Origin: an uncultured Merdimonas sp.
Lineage (GTDB): Bacteria > Bacillota > Clostridia > Lachnospirales > Lachnospiraceae
DNA length: 61,670 nucleotides
Direction of reading: 5' to 3'
NCBI GenBank assembly: GCA_944383645.1
Contig: CALWQJ010000001.1
Coordinates: 1-61,670 of the forward strand
Position numbers and translations under genes: made by a program. Shown piece after piece: positions 19,633 through 28,814 of this stretch. The notes beneath the pieces are model-generated. The model was not told where the DNA came from. It made no database searches and saw only the letters and a program-made list of their open reading frames with translations. Numbering within the stretch: the stretch's first letter is position 1; each line of letters starts with the position of its first letter.

Positions 19633-20436
19633 TTACTTCTTCGGTCCGAAGATTCCTTCCCGGTAGGCGCCGATATATTCCATACAGTATTCATCCTCAC
19701 CCAGAAGCGCCTCTGTGGCATAAATAACGCCCATCAGATCCCGGTTGGTCGGATCAAGAATCGCGCTGTCCAGTCCAGCATTCATAGCCAGCACGGTGAA
19801 GCCCAGGTTGATCATCTTCCTGACCGGAAGGTTGAAAGAGATATTGCTGACAGCCGCCGTGATGTGGATATTCGGATACTGGCTGCGCACAGTGCTGATG
19901 ACCTCTGTATTGGTCTCAATTCCGTTCTCTGAAGTGCAGAGCATCTCCACCAGCGGATCGATGTGCATCCGGCTGGGCGCGATACCGTATTCTTTCGCTT
20001 TCGCCATGATCTTATCAAACACCTTCAGACGGTCTGCCGCGCATTTGGGAATGCCTGTATCGTCTGAAAGAAGGCAGATGACCTCCCATTTCGTATCCGC
20101 GATGGCAGGAAAGATCTTGTCAATCTTGTCTCCCTCACCGGAAACGGAGTTGATAAGTCCCGGTCTCTTACAGTACGGGAACACCTGCAGCAGCACGTCC
20201 GGACTGGGGCTGTCCACAGATATGGGAAGATCCGTCACCTCCTGGATACAGTCAATCATCCATTTCAGCGTCTCTACTTCCTCTGCCTCCGGCACAGACG
20301 CACAGCAGTCAATAAAAGTCGCGCCTGCTTCCGCCTGCATCTTCGCACGATTCTTGATAAAGTCCGCGTCCCGCTTTGCGATAGCCTCCGCTACCGCGGG
20401 AATGGAGCCGTTGATTTTTTCACCTATAATTATCAT
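19633..20436 (-). CDS. Methylcorrinoid:tetrahydrofolate methyltransferase (MT2, AcsE/pterin-binding family)
   Basis: IIGEKINGS, ISVDSP, INSV, IDPLV, SNISFNLP, GLDSAILDP. Confidence 0.93.
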   Translation of the reverse strand: MIIIGEKINGSIPAVAEAIAKRDADFIKNRAKMQAEAGATFIDCCASVPEAEEVETLKWMIDCIQEVTDLPISVDSPSPDVLLQVFPYCKRPGLINSVSGEGDKIDKIFPAIADTKWEVICLLSDDTGIPKCAADRLKVFDKIMAKAKEYGIAPSRMHIDPLVEMLCTSENGIETNTEVISTVRSQYPNIHITAAVSNISFNLPVRKMINLGFTVLAMNAGLDSAILDPTNRDLMGVIYATEALLGEDEYCMEYIGAYREGIFGPKK

Positions 20437-20477
20437 CGTCGTTTTCCTCCAGTTCTTCTGTCAGCCGCCTGCCGCCA

Positions 20478-21473
20478 TCAGAACATTTCTTTTGTCATTT
20501 TCTCGATTTCTTCGTCGATCGCCCCGTACACCTCCGGGAAGCTGGTGTAATTTAAGCCCTGGGTCTCGCAGGGGATAAAGTACAGCTTTCCGCAGTCCCG
20601 GCAAAGCTGATCGGTAGCTTCCGCAATCATCTCCTGGGTCCAGTCCGCCCGGTCTACCTTGCCGTTGTCGATACCGCCCATGAAAGTAATTTCTTTTCCG
20701 TATTCCTTTACCAGCTTCGGAAGGTCGTTCACAGACATGCAGCCCTGCCATACGTCGATGCCCATCTCGATCATGGACGGAACCAGGGTCGCGCTGAAGC
20801 TGTCATTGTGATGGACAACCAGCTGTACACCGTGATCATGATAGTAACCGTAAATCTTCTTATAAGATTCCAGATAAAACTCACGGAACATATCTACGCT
20901 GATAAAGGTAGACTTCTGGGTACCCCAGTCGTCATGATGGAAAATCACATCGGGCTTCATATATGTACAGATCTGCTCCGCCCATTTCAACTCCCAGTCT
21001 GTGATGTAATCAATCAGCTCATGCATCGCTTCGGGTTCTTCATAGAAATTCATCATGGTAGTCTGAATCTCGCAGAGGTAATGGCACATCTCAAAGACGC
21101 CCGGCGCCACAAAGGCCGCCACCAGATACTCGTTCCGGTCAACAGCCGCCACTGCTTCCTGGCAGGGCTTCCAGTCCTCCGCCGTATAATTGATATCCGG
21201 AGCCTTTACATACTTTCTCCATTCTGTGATATCCGGGCATACCAGATGCTCCGGATCATGCATCGGGAACGCTCCCGGCATGCCTTCCGGCCAGGCGTTC
21301 GTATAACCCCATGCACACTTTACCGCGGGAGCTCCCGGCCCCTCCGGCATCAGCGGGTACTGCAGGGCGTAGGGCGTATTCATCACAAACGCCAGCGCCT
21401 CGTACTGCTTCACAAAACGATCCGGATTTCCCCCTTTGATTACTTCCAGCATGTTCTGTTTTTTAGTTAACAT
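20478..21473 (-). CDS. Uroporphyrinogen-decarboxylase-fold methyltransferase I (probable O-demethylase MT1)
   Basis: Start ATG 21473 (RBS GGAGGT); HHDDWG, HHNDS, IDVWQG, FMGGID, IPC; operonic with MT2 and the corrinoid protein. Confidence 0.85.
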   Translation of the reverse strand: MLTKKQNMLEVIKGGNPDRFVKQYEALAFVMNTPYALQYPLMPEGPGAPAVKCAWGYTNAWPEGMPGAFPMHDPEHLVCPDITEWRKYVKAPDINYTAEDWKPCQEAVAAVDRNEYLVAAFVAPGVFEMCHYLCEIQTTMMNFYEEPEAMHELIDYITDWELKWAEQICTYMKPDVIFHHDDWGTQKSTFISVDMFREFYLESYKKIYGYYHDHGVQLVVHHNDSFSATLVPSMIEMGIDVWQGCMSVNDLPKLVKEYGKEITFMGGIDNGKVDRADWTQEMIAEATDQLCRDCGKLYFIPCETQGLNYTSFPEVYGAIDEEIEKMTKEMF

Positions 21474-21679
21474 AAGATACCTCCAATCCATTATTTCGCC
21501 GTAAAGCGCCATCTCCATTTTCTTCACGGCGTCCTCCCGCAAAACGGCTTAAAACCGCCTTGCAATTCCCTGATAATTTCATTATACTAGAAACAAGCCG
21601 GAAGACAATTCTTTATTATATGGGATTTGTCTGTTATCTTTCCTACAAAATATAGGAGAACGGAAAGGAGGAACTCACC

Positions 21680-23216
21680 CTGAATCTCAGCGCTAAACTC
21701 ATTGTATATCATCTGAGCCGGAAATTTCCGGTTCATGCCTCTTCTTCCTTAAGCATCGAGCCTGTGCTTTCCTGCTCCGTACCGTACCGGAAAGGAATGG
21801 CTTTTCAGGAGGGAAGAGTTTATGTAGTGTCTGATTCGGATTTCACAGTTCCTTCCCACCACCTGACGTCCATTCTTTTCGTCCTGTCCGGAAGCAGTTT
21901 TCCCCTTTCCGAGCAGGATTACCCGAACCTCTGCATCCTTCCGGAAGAGGCAGATGCAGCGGACGTCTTCGCAGAGCTTCAGGAAATTTTCCTGCTCTAC
22001 GACCGGTGGAACCAGTCTCTGATGAATTCCCGTCTTGAAAACGCCTCCATCCAGTCGCTTCTCGACCTGACAGACTGTGTGATTCCCAATCCCATGCTGC
22101 TGATCGGCATGGATTTTGCTATCATTGCGTCTAAAAAACTGAATATGTGGGATCTGGAGAAACCCGTGCTGGGCTCCAGTGAGAATACCAGGGATATTAT
22201 CACCAGTCTCAAGCAGGATCCCAATTATGAGCAGGCGTTTTATAAGACCGGATATTTCTATTATCCCGGCAACGAATATTCCGCCCCCTCCCTGTGCGTC
22301 AATATCGCAGGAGGCGGGCGGACGGCCTACCGCCTCCTGTTCACGGAAGGCGGCGTCCCTCTGGACGATACCTTTGGCTTCGTCCTGGAATACCTCGCCC
22401 AAATGGTGACCCATGCCTTTTCTACCCGGCTGATGCGCGGCCATACCTCCAGTTATTCCCTGCATGAGGTTTTCGCCACCCTGCTCACAGAGCCCAACTC
22501 CGACTATGTAAAGGTCAGCCAGCAGATCGCTGCCTGCGGCTGGCCCTCTTCCCATACCTATCTGTGCGTGCTGATTCGGACAGGGCTTATCGATCAGAAA
22601 AACCTGACCCTTCTTTCCATCTGCAATTACGTGGAGAACACCCTTCCCTGCAGCTGCGCCGTGGAATACAAGGGCAACGCCGTCGTCTATGTCAACCTGA
22701 CTCTAAACGGAACGTCGGTGGAGGAAATCGCGGGGAAAGCTTGAAGGCTTTATTCAAAGCAGTATGCTAAACGCAGGCTTCAGCCGGAAAATGCTCGGCC
22801 ATTTCAACTTCCGCAGGCAGTATGTCCAGGCATCTATGGCCCTGGAGACGGGCAAACGCAAAAACCCGGCCCTCAGCATGCACCATTTCAATTCCATCGC
22901 CCTGGACTATATTCTGGATCAGGCGACAAAAAAGCTCCCCGCGTACATGATCTGCCACGAGAAGCTTCTTTCTCTCAAATATGCGGATGAGTCGAACCAC
23001 TCCCATCTCTACGAGACGCTCCGCTCTTTCCTGGAGCACCACCAGAATATCGCCCGGACCTCGGAGGCTTTGTACATTCACAGAAGCACCCTTCTCTACC
23101 GCATGGATAAAATCAGGGAGTTCCTGAACTCGGATCTCTCCGACCCTGCCGAGCTTTTGTACCTTATGCTTTCCTTCCACCTGATGGCTCTGGAAGAGAA
23201 TCAGCCAAGCAGGTAG
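21680..23216 (+). pseudogene. PucR/CdaR-family transcriptional regulator split by a 1-nt frameshift near 22732..22738
   Basis: C-terminal HTH YETLRSFLEHHQNIARTSEALYIHRSTLLYRM. Removing one base from GGGGAAA joins ORFs 21764..22744 and 22764..23216. In-frame CTG at 21680 follows RBS AAGGAGG. Confidence 0.75.
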
Positions 23217-23770
23217 CAGGAGGTATAGGCGATTTTTCCCGGCCCGTAATAATAGCCCATTTCATTGGCCTTACACAGATCGCTTACCACGATTCCGTAG
23301 GCCTCCATAGAAGAAATACGTTTTTCCGGAAAACGGCAGGGACCGTCCGGATAGGAGCAGGAGGCGCAGACAGTGCAGCAGCCTGCTCCCAGTGCCAGAA
23401 GCCCCGGATACTGCTCCCGCAGCAGGGCGGCCGCTTTCCGGAAGGTTTCTTTATGCTGTTTTTCCGTCTCCTGCATTCCTTCGTAATCCCAGCTGTCCTC
23501 CAGCTCTCCTATTGTCTGCACCAGGATGCCGAAGCGGTATCCCCGGACTTTCTCCCGGCATTCCTCCAGGCTTCCACAGGCAGGCGGACAGGACCAGTTC
23601 TTCCCATACATGCCGCAGGTATCCGCCGCGCACATCTTCCGCACCTCCTCCCGCAGCTCTATCGTACCGCAGTCCAAGAGGGCCGCTTCTGAAAAGCCGC
23701 AGGAAAGAACCAGTTCCTTTGCCTTGCCAAAATCCTTTTCTTCCTGCTCATTCCGGAAAAGCGAGTTCAT
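23201..23770 (-). CDS. DUF2284 Cys-rich predicted metal-binding protein
   Basis: C...CGMYGKNWSCPPACG, AGCCTVCASC, CRFP, SMEAYGI; RBS GGAGGTG inside the upstream gene (23-nt overlap). Confidence 0.88.
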   Translation of the reverse strand: MNSLFRNEQEEKDFGKAKELVLSCGFSEAALLDCGTIELREEVRKMCAADTCGMYGKNWSCPPACGSLEECREKVRGYRFGILVQTIGELEDSWDYEGMQETEKQHKETFRKAAALLREQYPGLLALGAGCCTVCASCSYPDGPCRFPEKRISSMEAYGIVVSDLCKANEMGYYYGPGKIAYTSCYLLG

Positions 23771-25928
23771 CTACGAACACCTCCTGAAATTCCTTCTTAA
23801 GGGCCAGTTCCACAAATTCTGTATCCGCCGCCAGCCGGCTGCTTTCCTCATACGCCTCCTGATTCAGGGCCGCCATGCGCGCCCCTTCTCCGGCAGCGTT
23901 GCCGATGGAGCAGATCCTGCCGTTCAGCTCTTCCGGAAACATGCCAATGGCGCAGGCGCTGGAAGGATTCATATAATTTCCAAACGCCCCGGCAAGCCAG
24001 ACCTTCCCGATCTGCCCCGGCGTGATTCCCCTCTGGGCGCAGAGCAGGCGGATCCCGGCGCAGATGGCCGCCTTGGCCAGCTGAAGCTCCCGGATGTCCT
24101 TCTGGTTCAGATATACGTTTTCCGTGAAATACCAGGGCTCCTCCATCCTGCCGCCCTCGTCGATCCTGCCAAGCCGCAGAAGGCAGGCCGCCGCGTCCAG
24201 AAGGCCGGATCCGCAGATTCCCCTGGCCTCCCCGCCGCCGATCACATGGTAAGAAAGCTTGTCCTTCTCGACCCATACCCGGTCGATGGCCCCCTCGCTT
24301 CCGCGCATGCCGCAGGTGATCTTCGCTCCCTCAAAGGCCGGCCCCGCCGCCGTGGAACAGGCCAGAAGGCCATCCCGGTTTCCCAGGACCATTTCTCCGT
24401 TCGTCCCGATATCCACCAGAAGCGTCACTTCCGCCTCTTCCGAAATACCCGAAGCCAGAATGCAGCCGACGGTATCTGCTCCCACGAAGCCCCCGATGTT
24501 CGCAAGCCACAGAACTTCCCCGTGAGGACAAGAGGAAAGGCCGCACTCCAGAGCCGGAAGCGTAAGCGCCTCCTTCACCTTCGGCTCGTAGGGGGCCGTC
24601 ACCAGGGTATCCACCGGAATCTCCAGAAAGAGGTGGTGCATACAGCTGTTGCCCACCATGGCAATCCTTACAATCTCCTCAGCCTTCCGCCCGCAGGACT
24701 GGGCCGCCTCGAAAAGAAGCCCGTCCACCGCTTCGCGGATACAGCTGCTCAGGGCAGAAGCCCCCTTTTCCATGGCATAGCTTCCGCGCATGACCACGTC
24801 CGCGCCGTACTGCCTCTGGGGATTCATCCGGCTTTTTACCGCCAGCTGCTCCCCGGTAAGCCCATCCATCAGATAGGCTACCACCGTGGTAGAGCCCACG
24901 TCCACCGCCGCCAGCAGAGGATGTTCCACCTCCCGGGGCAGCTTCCCGGGCGCCAGGGGCACCTCTCTTCTGTGGCCTGACGCGAGAATCTGCGCCCGCG
25001 TCCTTTTCTTTTTTCCCGTGTCAATACGCATGCCAGGCTCTGCCTTCGTCTGGCAGGCAAGGACGCTTTTGCCATTTACCGCCACCTGGCACTTCCCGCA
25101 TTTTCCCTGGCCGCCGCAGGGTGCGTCCGGCGTGATGCCGGCCGCGATCTCTGCCTCCAGGATCGTCTGTCCTTCTTTGGCGCAGTACCGGATGCCCTCG
25201 TTCACAAAGCGGATCTCAAACCTGCTTTCCTGCTCCTTCTGGTAGGTTTCATAGAGATCCGGCCTGCGCTCCCGGGTACGGCTTACCGACTGCTCCAGCC
25301 TCCACTTCTCAATCCTGGCGTGGTGGCCGGACAGAAGCACTTCAGGCACTCTCCTGCCGTGCCATTCCTCCGGCCGGCTGTACTGCGGGTATTCCAGAAG
25401 ACCGTCCTGGAAGCTCTCTGATTCCGCTGAGGTCTCGTTGCTTAAGACCCCCGGAACCATCCGGGAGATGGCGTCAATCATCACCATGGCCGGAAGCTCG
25501 CCGCCCGTCAGCACATAATCGCCGATGGACACGTAATCTGTCACAATCTCTTCCAGAACCCTCTCGTCCACGCCCTCATAATGGCCACAGAGAAAGATCA
25601 ACTCCTCCTCCTTCGCCAGCTCCTGGGCCATCGCCTGGGTGAACACTGCGCCCTGGGGCGTCACATAGATCGTCCGGACTCTGCGGCCGAGCTGTTCCGT
25701 CACCGCCTTCCAGGCCTGGTACACAGGCTCCGCCTGCATCACCATACCGGCCCCGCCGCCGTAGGGGTAGTCGTCCACCTTTCCATACCGATTTCCGGCA
25801 TAGTCCCGGATATTGACCGCCTCCAGTCCAATGGCTCCCTTTTCTATGGCCCTGCCTGTGATACTGGTCCCCAGGCCGTTCTGTATCATTTCCGGAAACA
25901 AAGTCAACACATGGTATCGATTCATCAC
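23748..25928 (-). CDS. trmD: Fusion protein: tRNA (guanine37-N1)-methyltransferase TrmD + [2Fe-2S]/ASKHA corrinoid reductive activase
   Basis: aa 1-230 TrmD (VDDYPYGGGAGM, LCGHYEGVDER, SIGDYVLTGGE, LEYPQYSRP, RRPDL); aa ~236-305 ferredoxin (CGGQGKCGKC...LACQ); then DVGSTT, GNSCMHH, VDIGTNGE, AAGPAFEG, GICGSG, AGAFG, GNAAGEGA; no stop between domains. Confidence 0.93.
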   Translation of the reverse strand: MMNRYHVLTLFPEMIQNGLGTSITGRAIEKGAIGLEAVNIRDYAGNRYGKVDDYPYGGGAGMVMQAEPVYQAWKAVTEQLGRRVRTIYVTPQGAVFTQAMAQELAKEEELIFLCGHYEGVDERVLEEIVTDYVSIGDYVLTGGELPAMVMIDAISRMVPGVLSNETSAESESFQDGLLEYPQYSRPEEWHGRRVPEVLLSGHHARIEKWRLEQSVSRTRERRPDLYETYQKEQESRFEIRFVNEGIRYCAKEGQTILEAEIAAGITPDAPCGGQGKCGKCQVAVNGKSVLACQTKAEPGMRIDTGKKKRTRAQILASGHRREVPLAPGKLPREVEHPLLAAVDVGSTTVVAYLMDGLTGEQLAVKSRMNPQRQYGADVVMRGSYAMEKGASALSSCIREAVDGLLFEAAQSCGRKAEEIVRIAMVGNSCMHHLFLEIPVDTLVTAPYEPKVKEALTLPALECGLSSCPHGEVLWLANIGGFVGADTVGCILASGISEEAEVTLLVDIGTNGEMVLGNRDGLLACSTAAGPAFEGAKITCGMRGSEGAIDRVWVEKDKLSYHVIGGGEARGICGSGLLDAAACLLRLGRIDEGGRMEEPWYFTENVYLNQKDIRELQLAKAAICAGIRLLCAQRGITPGQIGKVWLAGAFGNYMNPSSACAIGMFPEELNGRICSIGNAAGEGARMAALNQEAYEESSRLAADTEFVELALKKEFQEVFVDELAFPE

Positions 25929-26431
25929 AACAGTCCCTCCGGCACATGGACGCTCATCCGTCCATTTTCCAAATCTACTTCCAGGATGCAGGACGGTATC
26001 GCGGGAAGCAGAATTTCCTTCCCCTCGTCCGTCTCCACCACATAGACGTCATTAGCTCCCGTCTGCAGCACGTCTGTCAGCACGCCCAGACGCTTATCTG
26101 TATCGTCAAAGACCTCCAGGTCTATCAAATCTACGATAAAATTCTCATTTTCCCCAAGGGGAACCGCCTGATCCCTCTCAATCAAAAGATCCCGCCCCCG
26201 GTAACGCTCCACCTCATTAATATCCTGAAACTCCTTGAATTGCAGGATCACCTGGTTCTTGAAAAAACGCACCCCGGCAATCGTAAGGGGCAGATATTCC
26301 TTTTCCGTATCCAGAAACACTTTTTTCAGCTTCCGGAAGCGCTGCGGATCATCTGTCGTCGGAAATACCTTGACCTCCCCTTTCAGGCCATGTGTGGAAG
26401 AAATTACTCCTACCCTTAAATATGGTTCCAT
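25925..26431 (-). CDS. rimM: Ribosome maturation factor RimM
   Basis: VGVISSTHGLKGEVKV, TGANDVYVV; start ATG 26431. Confidence 0.96.
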   Translation of the reverse strand: MEPYLRVGVISSTHGLKGEVKVFPTTDDPQRFRKLKKVFLDTEKEYLPLTIAGVRFFKNQVILQFKEFQDINEVERYRGRDLLIERDQAVPLGENENFIVDLIDLEVFDDTDKRLGVLTDVLQTGANDVYVVETDEGKEILLPAIPSCILEVDLENGRMSVHVPEGLL

Positions 26432-26501
26432 ATCCTGCCCGTTTCCTTTCCTGATCATGAAAGACGGCGGGTGTCTCCACCCGCCGCCTGCTTAAGAGAT
26501 C

Positions 26502-26732
26502 CTACTGGAGAATCTCCACCACTACTTTTTTGTCTTCCTTCGAGGAGGCTGCCTTTACGACGCTGCGGATCGCTTTGGCAATCCGGCCCTGTTTGCCGAT
26601 GACCTTGCCCATATCCGACGGCGCCACCCGGAGCTCCACGAGAATGTTTTTCTCATTCTCGGTCTCAGTGACAACGACCTCGTCCGGATGCTCCACCAGT
26701 GATTTCGCAATCACTTCCACTAATTCCTTCAT
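26502..26732 (-). CDS. khpA: KH-domain RNA-binding protein KhpA (YlqC)
   Basis: DMGKVIGKQGRIAKAIR; position after rpsP. Confidence 0.95.
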   Translation of the reverse strand: MKELVEVIAKSLVEHPDEVVVTETENEKNILVELRVAPSDMGKVIGKQGRIAKAIRSVVKAASSKEDKKVVVEILQ

Positions 26733-26744
26733 GTCCTACCTCGA

Positions 26745-26990
26745 CTATTTCTCAACGCCGGCTGCTTTCAGGATCTTGCCAACTACCTCGGTCGGCTGCG
26801 CGCCGTTAGCCAGCCACTTCTTAGCTGCCTCCACGTCTACCTTGAAAGTGCTCGGATCAGTGCTCGGATCATAGGTACCGATCTCCTCGATGAAACGTCC
26901 GTCTCTGGGGGATCTGGAGTCTGCTACGATAATTCTATAGAAAGGAGCTTTCTTCTGACCCATTCTTCTTAATCTGATTTTTACTGCCAT
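26745..26990 (-). CDS. rpsP: 30S ribosomal protein S16
   Basis: [32 protein letters not shown]. Confidence 0.98.
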   Translation of the reverse strand: MAVKIRLRRMGQKKAPFYRIIVADSRSPRDGRFIEEIGTYDPSTDPSTFKVDVEAAKKWLANGAQPTEVVGKILKAAGVEK

Positions 26991-27037
26991 CTCATTCACC
27001 TCCGCATTTTTATGCTGATATTATTTTAATTATTTAT

Positions 27038-28381
27038 TTAAAAGGGAAATTTGAAACGTCCCCTTTTACCACGTTTACCGCCGCCCATCAGTCCCGGCAT
27101 CTGCTTCATCATCTTGCGCATCTGCTCGAACTGCTTCACCAGGCGGTTCACCTCCGCGATATCCACTCCCGCGCCCCGGGCAATCCGGTTCTTTCTGGAG
27201 GGATTCAGGATTTCAGGATTGCTTCTCTCCTTCGGCGTCATGGACAGGATGATTGCCTCCGTCCGCGCCATCTTCTTCTCGTCGATGGCGTCCTCGATGC
27301 CCTTCATCTGGGCCCCCAGGCCCGGCATCATGGACAGGACGCTGGAAAGTCCGCCCATCTTCTTCATCTGGTTCATGCTCTCCAGATAATCGTCAAAGCC
27401 AAACTGCGCTTTCTTAAGCTTCTGGGTCATGGCCTTGGCCTTTTCCTCGTCCACAGTCTCCTGCGCCTTCTCAATCAGAGTCAGCACGTCGCCCATGCCA
27501 AGGATTCTGGAAGCCATGCGGTCCGGATAGAACTGCTCCAGATCCGAAAGCTTCTCTCCCATACCCACATACAGAATCGGCTTCCCGGTCACCGCCTTGA
27601 TGGACAGGGCCGCTCCGCCTCTCGTATCGCCGTCCAGCTTCGTGAGAATGACGCCGTCGATTCCTATCTGTTCTTCAAAAGCAGCCGCCACATTGACCGC
27701 ATCCTGTCCGGTCATGGCGTCCACCGTCAGGAGCGTCTGGTCGATGGGAACATTCTCCCGGATTTCCTTCAGCTCCCGCATCATGTCCTCGTCGATATGC
27801 AGACGGCCCGCGGTATCGAGAATCACCACGTTAAAGCCGTTCTTCCTGGCATACTCATAGGCGCCCTTCGCGATATTCACCGGCTTCTGGTTCTCGCCCA
27901 TGGCAAAGACCTCGACGCCCTGCTTCTCGCCGTTTACCTGCAGCTGCTTGATCGCAGCCGGACGGTACACATCGCAGGCCACAAGAAGGGGCCGCTTTCC
28001 TCTGCCTTTCAGCTTGCCTGCCAGCTTCGCGGCCGTCGTCGTCTTACCGGCTCCCTGCAGGCCCATCATCATCAGAACCGTGATGCCGCCGCTAAGCTTC
28101 AGCTCCGTCGTCTCGCTTCCCATCAGGCGGATCAGCTCTTCATGGACAATTTTTACCACCTGCTGGCCCGGCGTCAGGCTGTTCATGACATCCGCGCCCA
28201 CGGCCCGCTCTTCCACGGACTTGATAAACTGCTTGACCACCTTGAAGCTTACGTCCGCTTCCAGGAGAGCCATCTTGACCTCCTTTAAAGCAGCCTTCAC
28301 ATCGGCCTCCGAAAGCCTTCCCTTGCCGCGCAGGTTCCGGAACACATTCTGTAATTTATCAGATAAACTTTCAAATGCCAT
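27038..28381 (-). CDS. ffh: Signal recognition particle protein Ffh
   Basis: GLQGAGKTT, DTAGR, TKLDGDTRGG, Met-rich M domain. Confidence 0.98.
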   Translation of the reverse strand: MAFESLSDKLQNVFRNLRGKGRLSEADVKAALKEVKMALLEADVSFKVVKQFIKSVEERAVGADVMNSLTPGQQVVKIVHEELIRLMGSETTELKLSGGITVLMMMGLQGAGKTTTAAKLAGKLKGRGKRPLLVACDVYRPAAIKQLQVNGEKQGVEVFAMGENQKPVNIAKGAYEYARKNGFNVVILDTAGRLHIDEDMMRELKEIRENVPIDQTLLTVDAMTGQDAVNVAAAFEEQIGIDGVILTKLDGDTRGGAALSIKAVTGKPILYVGMGEKLSDLEQFYPDRMASRILGMGDVLTLIEKAQETVDEEKAKAMTQKLKKAQFGFDDYLESMNQMKKMGGLSSVLSMMPGLGAQMKGIEDAIDEKKMARTEAIILSMTPKERSNPEILNPSRKNRIARGAGVDIAEVNRLVKQFEQMRKMMKQMPGLMGGGKRGKRGRFKFPF

Positions 28382-28432
28382 CTGTCAAACTCTCCAAATC
28401 CGCTTCTCTTTCAGGCTTTAGGCTGACACTGC

Positions 28433-28765
28433 CTACAGTTCTTCCAGAATCTTGTCAAGCCGGCGCGTCAATTCTTCCCGGTCAGGCTCTGCCGCCTCCT
28501 GAAGAGAACGCTTCATCTCTTCTATCTGCCTTTTGACTGCCACAAACCGCTCGACCAGGTGAAGCCTGGATTCATACTCCTGCAGAAGCTTATTGCAGCG
28601 CTTCACCAGATCGTGAACGCCCTGCCGGCTGATTCCCTGCTCCTCGGCCACCTCGCTTAAGGAATAATCACCAAAGACCACATCCTCATATATCTGCTTC
28701 TGATGTTCTGTCAGCAGCTCTCCGTAGAAATCGTAAAGAAGTGTCTGCTCCAAAATTTTATCCAT
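28433..28765 (-). CDS. ylxM: YlxM (UPF0122) SRP-associated protein
   Basis: [29 protein letters not shown]; upstream of ffh. Confidence 0.95.
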   Translation of the reverse strand: MDKILEQTLLYDFYGELLTEHQKQIYEDVVFGDYSLSEVAEEQGISRQGVHDLVKRCNKLLQEYESRLHLVERFVAVKRQIEEMKRSLQEAAEPDREELTRRLDKILEEL

Positions 28766-28785
28766 GCTTTTTCACCCGCCTGACT

Positions 28786-28814
28786 ATCATACACAATAAC
28801 AAGGCAGGTGTCAA
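28786..28814 (-). promoter_or_regulatory. Sigma-A promoter for ylxM-ffh
   Basis: Minus strand TTGACA-N17-TATGAT. Confidence 0.75.
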
